Of a DNA stretch of 64,000 nt, positions 53,754 to 61,813 are shown piece after piece. Numbering within the stretch: the stretch's first letter is position 1; each line of letters begins with the position of its first letter. Under the pieces are notes generated by a model. The model made no database searches. It was not told where the DNA came from and worked only from the letters and a program-made list of their open reading frames with translations. Origin of the DNA: Vulcanimicrobiota bacterium (GTDB lineage Bacteria; Vulcanimicrobiota; Vulcanimicrobiia; Vulcanimicrobiales; Vulcanimicrobiaceae); assembly GCA_963749395.1 (NCBI GenBank), contig CAVVMT010000019.1:5934-69933 (forward strand), given 5' to 3'. A program made the translations under genes and the position numbers.

Positions 53754-54466
53754 CGCTTTTTCTTGCCTCCTTGGCGCGGGCGCGCTGCGGGCGCACGCGG
53801 CGGCTCTTGTGCGGCGGATTTGCGTTCGGTGATGCGCACCGACAGCGCTTGGCGGATGTGCTCGCGCACGAGCGTTTCGCTGCGGTCGGCGTCGCGTGCG
53901 GTCAGCGCTTCGAGGATTTCTCGATGCTTGGAATGGACTTCGCGATGCCGGACGGTATAGCGTCCGCTCCGCGGCCGGTAGCGGACGAGGAGCCCGCGAA
54001 TGTACTTCAAAACGTCGCGCAGATACGGATTGCCGCTGGCTTCGGCGATCGTTTCATGGAACGACGAAGCCAAGCGTTCGAGCTCGTTGTCGGCGGCTTC
54101 GTCGCCGACGAGCAGCGCGGAATCGATCGCGTCGATCGTATCGGCGAGCTTTCCCAGTTGCGCGAAAGTGCGATTGGTCGCCGCGAGGCGCGCGGCGTAG
54201 CCCTCATTGATTTCGCGGACTTCATATATTTGCGCAAGCTCTTCGAGGCTGATCGCCCCTATGGAGTAACTGCCGGTAGGGTCGCGGTGGATGACGCCCT
54301 CCGCTTGCAGCCGGCGCAGCGCTTCGCGCACCGGCGTGCGGCTCGTGTGCAAGCGTTGCGCGAGTTCTTGCTCGCGAAACCGCGTCCCGGGCGAGATGAC
54401 GCCTTCGGCGATCCACGTGCGAACTTGATCGTACGCGGCGTCGCCGAGCGAGCCTTGAGCCCTCAC
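53750..54466 (-). CDS. GntR family transcriptional regulator (FadR/FCD subfamily)
   Basis: wHTH ELAQRLHTSRTPVREALRRLQAEGVI plus an FCD-like helical domain and a basic tail. The start (GTG 54466 or TTG 54469) is uncertain. The stop overlaps the epimerase start. Confidence 0.8.
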   Translation of the reverse strand: MRAQGSLGDAAYDQVRTWIAEGVISPGTRFREQELAQRLHTSRTPVREALRRLQAEGVIHRDPTGSYSIGAISLEELAQIYEVREINEGYAARLAATNRTFAQLGKLADTIDAIDSALLVGDEAADNELERLASSFHETIAEASGNPYLRDVLKYIRGLLVRYRPRSGRYTVRHREVHSKHREILEALTARDADRSETLVREHIRQALSVRITERKSAAQEPPRAPAARPRQGGKKKR

Positions 54467-54519
54467 CAAACCGGTTCGCGCATGACCGAAGCTCCCCGCG
54501 GCAGGCCTGGACCGGTTAC

Positions 54520-54536
54520 GGTGTACCGTGTACACC
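54520..54536. promoter_or_regulatory. perfect inverted repeat GGTGTAC-CGT-GTACACC (candidate GntR operator)
   Basis: 7-bp arms with a 3-nt spacer, about 55 nt upstream of the GntR start, in the divergent control region. Confidence 0.45.
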
Positions 54537-54623
54537 AATGCCGGCTTTGCGATGATAGCGCCGGCTCGGCGAGAAAACAAGTGCTGCGGGAAAATTCGCC
54601 GGGAAAAGAGTTCCTGGCCGATA

Positions 54624-54652
54624 TTGCGCCGGCGAAAGTCTCGGTATACAAT
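54624..54652 (+). promoter_or_regulatory. candidate promoter of the racemase-like operon overlapping a GTATAC box
   Basis: TTGCGC (54624-54629), 17 nt, TACAAT (54647-54652). GTATAC at 54644-54649 overlaps the -10 box. Confidence 0.4.
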
Positions 54653-54765
54653 AGCTCGCAGGCCGGCGGGCTGCCGTCCCTTTCGAGCTGACGCAACTGC
54701 GACGTCGCGGCGTTTACACGCCGTGCGTCCTCGCGTGTCCGCGCGAGTTCAGCGAGGCCATCATC

Positions 54766-55617
54766 GTGCGACTAGCCTGGCATACCGGACTGACGGAAGA
54801 CACGCGCGGGCGGGTGCCCGACCCGGCGCTCTTGTGGCACGTCTGCAGCACCTATGCCGCCGCGGTCGTCGCACCGGGGACGACCGTCGACGTGCGGTTT
54901 TCGCCACGCCCGACGCTCAGCACGCAGCCGGTGATGTCGGCGGTGCACAACTTGAGCGTGACGATCGATGCGCTCGCGTGCGAAGCGCGCGGCTACGACG
55001 GCTTCATGGTCGCCGGCTCGATCGATCCCGGGCTCGACGAAGCGCGCAGCGCCGCGCGGTTCCCGGTCGTCGGCGTGCTCGAGGCGGGTCTGGCTTTCAG
55101 CTCGTTCGTCGGGCGGCGGGTCGGCATCGTGACCGTTCCCGGCGTGCCCGACCCGCTCGGCATTCCGCGCACGATCGAACTGAATGCGATCCGCTACGGG
55201 TACGGCGAGCGGCTGATCCGCAACCGTCCGGTGCGGGCGATCTTTTCGTCGCACGCCGATTTCTATCGCGCGTACGGCGACGCGGTCGGCGGGAACGGCG
55301 CCGAGTTCCTGGCCGCGTTCGACGAGGCGTGCGTCGCGCTCGCGGCCGACGGGGCCGAAGCGATCGTGTGCGGTAACCAGTTGTTCGGGCCGGTCCTCTA
55401 TCAGCACGGGCTGCGCTCCAAGACCGCGAGCGGCATTCCGTACCTCTGCAACACCGCGGCGGGGCTCAAAGCGCTCGAGGCGCTCGCCGCGCTGCGCGGT
55501 TCGATCGGGCTGGGCAAGAGCGAACTCGGCATCTTCCGTCCGCTCGGGTCGCCGTCGCTCGCGGACGCGTTCTCATGGCTCACCGAGGCGCTGGCCTCTC
55601 ACGGAGAACAACGATGA
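54766..55617 (+). CDS. Asp/Glu/hydantoin racemase superfamily protein
   Basis: GYDGFMVAGSIDPGLDEARSAARFPVVGVLEAG and DGAEAIVCGNQ resemble the two pseudo-symmetric halves of hydantoin racemases. Confidence 0.7.
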   Translation: MRLAWHTGLTEDTRGRVPDPALLWHVCSTYAAAVVAPGTTVDVRFSPRPTLSTQPVMSAVHNLSVTIDALACEARGYDGFMVAGSIDPGLDEARSAARFPVVGVLEAGLAFSSFVGRRVGIVTVPGVPDPLGIPRTIELNAIRYGYGERLIRNRPVRAIFSSHADFYRAYGDAVGGNGAEFLAAFDEACVALAADGAEAIVCGNQLFGPVLYQHGLRSKTASGIPYLCNTAAGLKALEALAALRGSIGLGKSELGIFRPLGSPSLADAFSWLTEALASHGEQR

Positions 55618-56790
55618 CTTCGAAGGTTTACCGCTTGCGTTTCGGCGCGCTGGCCGCGCTCGCGGCGCTCGGATATGCAGGCCTTTCTACGGTTCCCGGG
55701 GCGAGCCAGACGCCGGCGCCGATCGTCATCCCGGTCCTCTCGGCGGTCACCGGTCCGGGCTCGTCGTTCGGCGAGGCCAACGTCGTCTCGGTGAAGCTCG
55801 CGGTCGCCTCGGTCAACGCCGAAGGCGGCATCCTGGGCCATCAAGTGCAACTCGACATCCAGGACACGCAGACGCAGCCCACGCAGGCAGCGGCGCTCGT
55901 TCACCGCGACGCCGCGACGTATCTGGCGGCGATCGGTCCCAACCTCTCGAACGATGCGAAGGCGGCCTTTCCGGTCGCCGTGCAGGAGAAGTTTCCGATG
56001 GTCTCCGGCGGCGTCGCCGACGGCAAGGTCGTCGCGGCCAACCGCCCGTGGACGTTCTCGACGCTGATTCCGGCGCAATTGCTCGGCGAAGACGCGACCA
56101 AGACGTGGCTGAAGCGGACGAGCGTCAAGACCGTCGTGTTCATCGTCAACAATCAGGACGACGCCTCGACGAGCCAAGCGACGCTGATCCAGGCGACGCT
56201 CGAGAAAGCGGGCGTCAAGGTGCTCAAGAACATCACCGTTGCGAGCAATCAACCCGACTTCTCGGCCGAGGTCGCGGTCGTGAAATCCCTCGCTCCCGAC
56301 GGGGTCGTCGTCGGCAACCTCCCGCTCGGAGCCGCGTCGGTCGTCAAAGCGCTGACCGCGAACGGCGTGAACGCGCCGGTGATGATGACGCTCAGCTCGT
56401 TCGCGCCCGACTTCCTGACGGTCGCGGGCAAAGACGCGAAGAACGTCTTCACGTTCACCGAGTTCTGGTCGGGTTTGCCCGACCCGGCCGTCCAGAAGTT
56501 CTACGCCGCGTACGAGAAGGAGAGCCAAGGGAAGATCCAGCCGAGCTTGAGCGCGGCGAGCGCGTACGAAGCGGTGCGTCTGCTCGCGCAGGCGATGACG
56601 AAGGCGAAGGTGACCGGGCTCGACAGCAACGATTTCCCCGCACAGCGTCAAGCGCTGCTCGCGGTGCTGTCGAACACCAAAGACTTCCACGGCGTGCTCG
56701 GCAACTACAGCATCGGCCCGGACGGTTACCGCACCGGCGCGCGGCGTGTACCTGCAGATCACGGACGGCCGCGTCGCGCAGGTCAAGTAG
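55614..56790 (+). pseudogene. ABC substrate-binding protein (LivK type) with apparent frameshift near 56736-56746
   Basis: ATG 55614 overlaps the upstream stop (ATGA). Signal peptide. The body ends ...SIGPDGYRTGA, then the native-looking tail GVYLQITDGRVAQVK* is in the +1 frame (TAG 56788-56790). The track frame runs on into Arg-rich junk. Confidence 0.75.
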
Positions 56791-56794
56791 CGGC

Positions 56795-58144
56795 GTGCCG
56801 GAGCCCCTCGCCCGCACGCTCGCGCGGTTCGCGCTGGAAACGCGGTACGACGATCTGCCGGTGCCGGTGCTCGTCGAAGCCCGGCGTTCGTTCGCGAACT
56901 GGATGGGCTGCGCGCTCGGCGGGAGCAGCGCGGCGCTGATCGACAAGATCCTCGCCGTCGTCGGGCCGCTGAGCGGCCCGGCGACCACGACCGTCCTCGG
57001 ACGCGCGCTGCGCCTCGATATCCTCAGTGCCGCGTACGTCAACTGCGTCGCGTCGGCGCTGTACGCATTCGACGACACCCATCTGGTCAGCGTCGCGCAT
57101 CCGTCGGGCCCGGTCGCATCGGCGCTGGTCGCGCTGGCCGAAGAGCGTGCGCTCGCGGGCCGCGACTTCCTGCTCGCGTTCACCCTCGGGGTCGACATCG
57201 AATGCCGCTTGGGCACGATGCTCGTCACCAGCCCCGGCCAGTGCCCGGTGTCGTTCACGATGAACGGACTCGTGGGCGGGATCGGCGCGGCGGCCGCGGT
57301 CGCCCGGCTGATGGGCTTGGGCATCGACGAGACGACGTCGGCGCTCGGCATCGCCGCATCGCAAGCCGGCGGCTTTCGCGAAGGCGTGGGGACGATGACG
57401 CGCGATCTGCCGATGGGGCAAGCGGCGCGCGCCGGTTTGTTCGCCGCGCGACTCGCGGCCCAGGGCTTCACCGCCGCCGACTCGAGCCTCGACGGGCCCA
57501 AGGGATTCGCCGCCGTCTTCGCGCGCACGCCGGATCTGTCGATCGCGACCGCGGAACTCGGCACGCGCTTCGAGATCGTGAACAACGCCTACAAACCGTT
57601 CCCGGCCGGGATCGTCGCGCATCCGGTCATCGACGTCTGCATCGAAGCCGCCGAGAGGTACGACATCGACGCTGCCGCGATCGAGCGCATCGCATTGCGG
57701 GTGAATCCCGACGCGATCGCGGTCACCGGCATCGCCGAGCCGCACGACGGGCTGGCGGCGCAGGTCAGCATCTATCATTGGGCCGCAGCCGCCTTCGCGC
57801 GCCGTCGCGCCGGGCCGGCCGAGATCACCGATGACGCCGCCCGCGATCCCGCGATCGTCGCCTTGCGCGGCAAGATCGCAGTGACGCCCGACGCCGCCTG
57901 GGGGCGCGACGGCGCCGCGGTCGCGGTGACGATGCGCGACGGACGGATCCTCGAGCACGCGGTCGCGCACTGTTTGGGCAGCGTCGCGCACCCGATGAGC
58001 GACGCCCAACTCGACGCCAAGTTCCGGCTGCAGGCGCAAACCGTCGTCTCATCGGCGCAGGCGGAGGCGCTGCTCGACCTGTGCCGGCACGTCGACGAAG
58101 CCGACGATGTCGGTGCGCGGCTGCGCGCGCTGCTTGCGTCGTAA
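56795..58144 (+). CDS. MmgE/PrpD family protein, copy 4
   Basis: GTG 56795. LARTLARFALETRYDDLPVPVLVEARRSFANWMGCALGG. 449 aa. Confidence 0.8.
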   Translation: MPEPLARTLARFALETRYDDLPVPVLVEARRSFANWMGCALGGSSAALIDKILAVVGPLSGPATTTVLGRALRLDILSAAYVNCVASALYAFDDTHLVSVAHPSGPVASALVALAEERALAGRDFLLAFTLGVDIECRLGTMLVTSPGQCPVSFTMNGLVGGIGAAAAVARLMGLGIDETTSALGIAASQAGGFREGVGTMTRDLPMGQAARAGLFAARLAAQGFTAADSSLDGPKGFAAVFARTPDLSIATAELGTRFEIVNNAYKPFPAGIVAHPVIDVCIEAAERYDIDAAAIERIALRVNPDAIAVTGIAEPHDGLAAQVSIYHWAAAAFARRRAGPAEITDDAARDPAIVALRGKIAVTPDAAWGRDGAAVAVTMRDGRILEHAVAHCLGSVAHPMSDAQLDAKFRLQAQTVVSSAQAEALLDLCRHVDEADDVGARLRALLAS

Positions 58145-58159
58145 GGGCCGGCGCCCGGC

Positions 58160-58879
58160 GTGAGCCTGCTCGCCGTCGAGGATCTGCGCATGCGCTACGG
58201 CTCCGTCGAGGTGCTGCACGGCATCGCGTTTCACATCGACGAGGGCGAGGTCGTCGCGATGCTCGGCCCCAACGGGGCCGGAAAAACCTCGACCCTGCGG
58301 GCTTTGATCGGGATGCGCCCGTTCACCGGCAGCGTGCGCTTCGGCGGCCGGCCGATCGGAGCGACGAATCGCGAGCGGGTGCGCGACGGCCTGAGCCTGG
58401 TGCCGGAAGGCCGCGAGATCTTCATCCGGCTGACGGTGCGCGAAAACATCCGCATCGGCGCGTACCTGCGCTCCGACCGGGCCGAGATCGAGCGTGACGA
58501 ACGGCGCGTGCTCGAGTTGTTCCCGTCGCTCGCGCGCCGCCTCGATCATCGCGCCGTCGTGCTGAGCGGCGGCGAACAGCAGATGCTCGCGATCGCCCGC
58601 GCGCTGCTGGCGCGACCGCGCTTGCTGATGCTCGACGAACCGTCGATGGGACTCGCGCCGCTCGTCGTCAACGGCGTCTTCGACGTGCTGCGGGAACTGG
58701 CCGCGCAGGGGATGACGATCCTGCTCGTCGAGCAGAACGCGAACCTCGCGCTGCGCTTGGCCGGTCGCGGCTACTTGCTCGAGCGCGGGCACGTCGTGAT
58801 GGCCGGGCCGGCCGCCGAACTCGAGTCGGCCGATGCCGTGCGTGGTGCGTATCTGGGGATCGGCGAGACCGCGCGATGA
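58160..58879 (+). CDS. ABC transporter ATP-binding protein (LivF-like)
   Basis: GPNGAGKTSTL, LSGGEQQML, MLDEPSMGL. Confidence 0.85.
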   Translation: MSLLAVEDLRMRYGSVEVLHGIAFHIDEGEVVAMLGPNGAGKTSTLRALIGMRPFTGSVRFGGRPIGATNRERVRDGLSLVPEGREIFIRLTVRENIRIGAYLRSDRAEIERDERRVLELFPSLARRLDHRAVVLSGGEQQMLAIARALLARPRLLMLDEPSMGLAPLVVNGVFDVLRELAAQGMTILLVEQNANLALRLAGRGYLLERGHVVMAGPAAELESADAVRGAYLGIGETAR

Positions 58880-59760
58880 TGCTCGTCGTCGCGGTCGTGA
58901 TCGGGACGATCGTCGTCGGATCGATCTACGCGCTGATGGCGCTGGGGCTCAACCTGATCTACGCGGTCGCCGAAGTCGTGCAGTTGGCGCAGGGCAACGT
59001 GCTCGTCGTCGGGGCGTACGTCGGCTTTCTGGTCACGCTGTTCGTGCCGAACCTCTTCGTTGCCGAACTGTGCGCGATCGTCGTGTGCGGCGTGCTCGGG
59101 ATCGTGCTGCAGGTGGTCGTGTTCCGGCCGCTCGAACCGCGCGGACATTTGCCTCCGCTGGTCGCCGGCTTGATGATCGGGACCGCGATCACCGAAGGCT
59201 TGCGCGCGCTCTTTCTCGGCGGCAATCCGGTGCGGTATCCGGCCGAAGCGACGATGGCCGGCACGTTGGTCGACTTCGGCGGAGTGCGCGTCTCCCAAGC
59301 GCAAGCGGTGATCGTGCTGATCGTCATCGTGCTCGCGGTCGGCTTGAACCTGCTGCTCAACCGCACCAAGCTCGGGCTCTCGATTCGCGCCGTCGCCGAG
59401 CGGCCCGCGGCGGCAGCGATGCTCGGCATTCCCGTGCGCCGCGTCATCGCGCTGGGATTCGGTTTCGGAAGCGCGCTCGCGGGTGCCGGCGGGGTGTTGA
59501 TCGCGGTCGTGTTCAGTTACGTGACGCCGTTCATCGGCGACGATCTTGGATTCGTCGCGCTCGCCATTTGCCTGTTCGGTGGCCTCGGCAGCTTGACCGG
59601 CGCGGTCGCCGGCGCGTTCCTCGTCGCGTTCACCGAACAAGTCTCGACGATCTATCTCGCGTCGTCGTACAAAGACGCGCTCGTGTTCGCCCTGATCGTC
59701 GTCGTCATGGTGTTCCGGCCGCAGGGGCTCTTCGGCCGGATCGTCGGAGAACGCCCGTGA
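58876..59760 (+). CDS. ABC transporter permease (LivH-like)
   Basis: GSIYALMALGLNLIYAVAEVVQLAQG. 294 aa. ATGA overlap upstream. Confidence 0.85.
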   Translation: MMLVVAVVIGTIVVGSIYALMALGLNLIYAVAEVVQLAQGNVLVVGAYVGFLVTLFVPNLFVAELCAIVVCGVLGIVLQVVVFRPLEPRGHLPPLVAGLMIGTAITEGLRALFLGGNPVRYPAEATMAGTLVDFGGVRVSQAQAVIVLIVIVLAVGLNLLLNRTKLGLSIRAVAERPAAAAMLGIPVRRVIALGFGFGSALAGAGGVLIAVVFSYVTPFIGDDLGFVALAICLFGGLGSLTGAVAGAFLVAFTEQVSTIYLASSYKDALVFALIVVVMVFRPQGLFGRIVGERP

Positions 59761-61331
59761 GCCTCGCATATCTCGGGTCGCTTGCGGCGCTGGGCGCGAT
59801 CGGGCTCGTCATGACGCTCGCGGTCTACTTTCCGCTCTCGGCCGGACTGCTGAGCGTCGCTCCGATCGGCATCATGGCGTTGGGCAGCTACGCCTACGCG
59901 ATCCTGCTCGTCGACGCGGGCTTCCCCGCGCCGGCGGCGTTCGCGCTCGCGGTGGCGCTGGGTACGGTCGCGGGCCTCATCGTCGGCTTGGTGACGGTGC
60001 GCTTGAGCGGGTTCTCGGTCGCGATCACGACCCTCGGCATCGCCGAAGTCATCTACATCATCGTCAACAACGTTTCGATCACCGGCGGGAGCGGGGGCTT
60101 CTCCGCGATCCCGAACACCTCGACGCCGCCGGTGCTCGCCGCCTGCGCGCTGTTCGCGGTGGCGGGGATCGGTCTGCTCGAATCATCGGTGCTCGGACGG
60201 CAGATCCGCGCGATGCAGGCCGACGAGATTGCCGCGCGCAGCATCGGCATCTCGTCGCGGTTCATCCGTCTCGTGACGATGACCGTCTCGGGGCTGCTCG
60301 CCGCGATGGGCGGCTGCATGTACGCGGGCTACCTCTCGTACCTCGATCCGCATTCGTTTTCGCTCTCGGCGTTCAACACGTACCTGATGGCGACGATCGT
60401 GGGCGGGATGGGCTCGTTGTTGGGTCCGCTCGTCGGCACCGTGTTCTTCACGGCGTTGCCGGAGCTGACGCGCTTCCTGGGCAGCTGGCGGCTCTTCACG
60501 TTCGCGATCCTCGTCTTGATCGTGCTCGTCGTGCAGCCGCGCGGCCTGATGGATTGGATTCGCTGGCCGCAGCTTCCGCGGCGGGCGACGCGCGCACCGG
60601 CCCACGCGCTCGAAGAGACGCCGGCGTTACGGTTCGAGGGCGTGCGCAAATCGTTCGGCCACGTCGACGTGCTGCGCGACGTCACGTTCGCGGTGGCGCC
60701 GGGGACGATCCACGCGCTGATCGGCCCCAACGGCGCCGGCAAGACGACCTTGCTGAACATCGCGTCGGGATACGTGAAGAACGACGGCGGTTCGGTGCGC
60801 CTGGGGACGTTGCGCCTGGACGGCCGCAGCTCGAGCGCGATCGCGCGCGCCGGCCTCGTGCGCACGTTTCAAAACCCGCGCTTGTTCAAGACGATGACGG
60901 TCGCCGAGAATCTCGACGCGGCGGTCCCCAGGCACGGCGACGCGCCGGGAGTCGACCAGTTGTTGCGGCGGCTCGATCTCGAACGCGAGGCGCACGCCGC
61001 GTGCGGTTCGCTCGCGTACGGACAGCAGCGGCGCACCGAGATCGCGCGCGCGCTGCGTACCGGCCCCGCGTGCCTGGTGCTCGACGAACCGACGGCGGGC
61101 ATGGCGCGCAACGAAAGCCGGGCGCTGCTGGAACTGCTCGCCGACCTCAAGCGTCGCGGAATTTCGGTGCTGCTGGTCGATCACGACATGCGGTTCGTCA
61201 TGGGCGTCGCCGACCGGGTGACCGTGCTCAACGCCGGCGGCGTCATCGCCGACGGCACGCCCGAAGAAGTGCAGCGCGACCGTGCGGTGCTCGAAGCGTA
61301 TCTCGGAGCGCCGGCCCAGCTCGCCGGCTGA
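59757..61331 (+). CDS. fused ABC permease (LivM-like) / ATP-binding (LivG-like) protein
   Basis: GTG 59757 overlaps the upstream stop (GTGA). The N-terminal roughly 290 aa are multi-TM. The C-terminal half has GPNGAGKTTLLN, LAYGQQRR and LVLDEPTAG. Confidence 0.8.
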   Translation: MSLAYLGSLAALGAIGLVMTLAVYFPLSAGLLSVAPIGIMALGSYAYAILLVDAGFPAPAAFALAVALGTVAGLIVGLVTVRLSGFSVAITTLGIAEVIYIIVNNVSITGGSGGFSAIPNTSTPPVLAACALFAVAGIGLLESSVLGRQIRAMQADEIAARSIGISSRFIRLVTMTVSGLLAAMGGCMYAGYLSYLDPHSFSLSAFNTYLMATIVGGMGSLLGPLVGTVFFTALPELTRFLGSWRLFTFAILVLIVLVVQPRGLMDWIRWPQLPRRATRAPAHALEETPALRFEGVRKSFGHVDVLRDVTFAVAPGTIHALIGPNGAGKTTLLNIASGYVKNDGGSVRLGTLRLDGRSSSAIARAGLVRTFQNPRLFKTMTVAENLDAAVPRHGDAPGVDQLLRRLDLEREAHAACGSLAYGQQRRTEIARALRTGPACLVLDEPTAGMARNESRALLELLADLKRRGISVLLVDHDMRFVMGVADRVTVLNAGGVIADGTPEEVQRDRAVLEAYLGAPAQLAG

Positions 61332-61450
61332 GGTTCGGTAGGGCTGCCCCCAGTGGGTGCAACCGGTGGCACATTCGCATGCAAAAGGGGAAAGCGTGCG
61401 CGTTGAACGCCGGGTTGCTTGGGTACACGGCAGCTGACTGGAGGGATGCG

Positions 61451-61813
61451 ATGAATCAGTTTGGAGCCTTTGCGCGCGCGGTCAATCGCTTCGCCGCGAG
61501 CCCGGCGGCGACGTTCGCGGCGTTCGTCATCGTGTTGGCTTGGGCGCTCTGCGGGCCGGCATTCCGCTACTCCGACGGCTGGCAGCTCGTGATCAACACC
61601 GGCACGACGATCGTGACGTTCCTGATGGTCTTCGTGCTCAACAACGCGCAGTCGCGCGATACGTCGGCGATGAACGCCAAGCTCGACGCCCTCATCATCG
61701 CCGTCGAACGGGCCGACAACCGGCTCGTGGGTTTGGAGTATAAGACCGAGAGCGACGCCAAGGCGCTGTGCGACGAGATTGCGGCCGTCGCCTCCGAAGG
61801 AGCGACCGCATAA
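61451..61813 (+). CDS. low-affinity iron permease family (Fet4-like small) membrane protein
   Basis: GGAGGG upstream of ATG 61451. WQLVINTGTTIVTFLMVFVLNNAQSRDT is the family signature. Confidence 0.75.
   Translation: MNQFGAFARAVNRFAASPAATFAAFVIVLAWALCGPAFRYSDGWQLVINTGTTIVTFLMVFVLNNAQSRDTSAMNAKLDALIIAVERADNRLVGLEYKTESDAKALCDEIAAVASEGATA

Noticed and set aside
50719-53960. The N-terminal roughly 1000 aa of the 1614-aa ORF 48952..53796, and the 1007-aa antisense ORF 50937..53960.
   Set aside because: Only the last 588 aa (from GTG 50718) look like a protein, namely HyuB. The remainder is an Arg-rich shadow frame running across the HyuA and epimerase genes.
55575-55613. An earlier start (track 55575) for the second binding protein, and the long read-through to 56939.
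   Set aside because: ATG 55614 has GGAGA upstream, overlaps the preceding stop (ATGA) and begins a normal signal peptide. The tail beyond about 56745 is out-of-frame junk.
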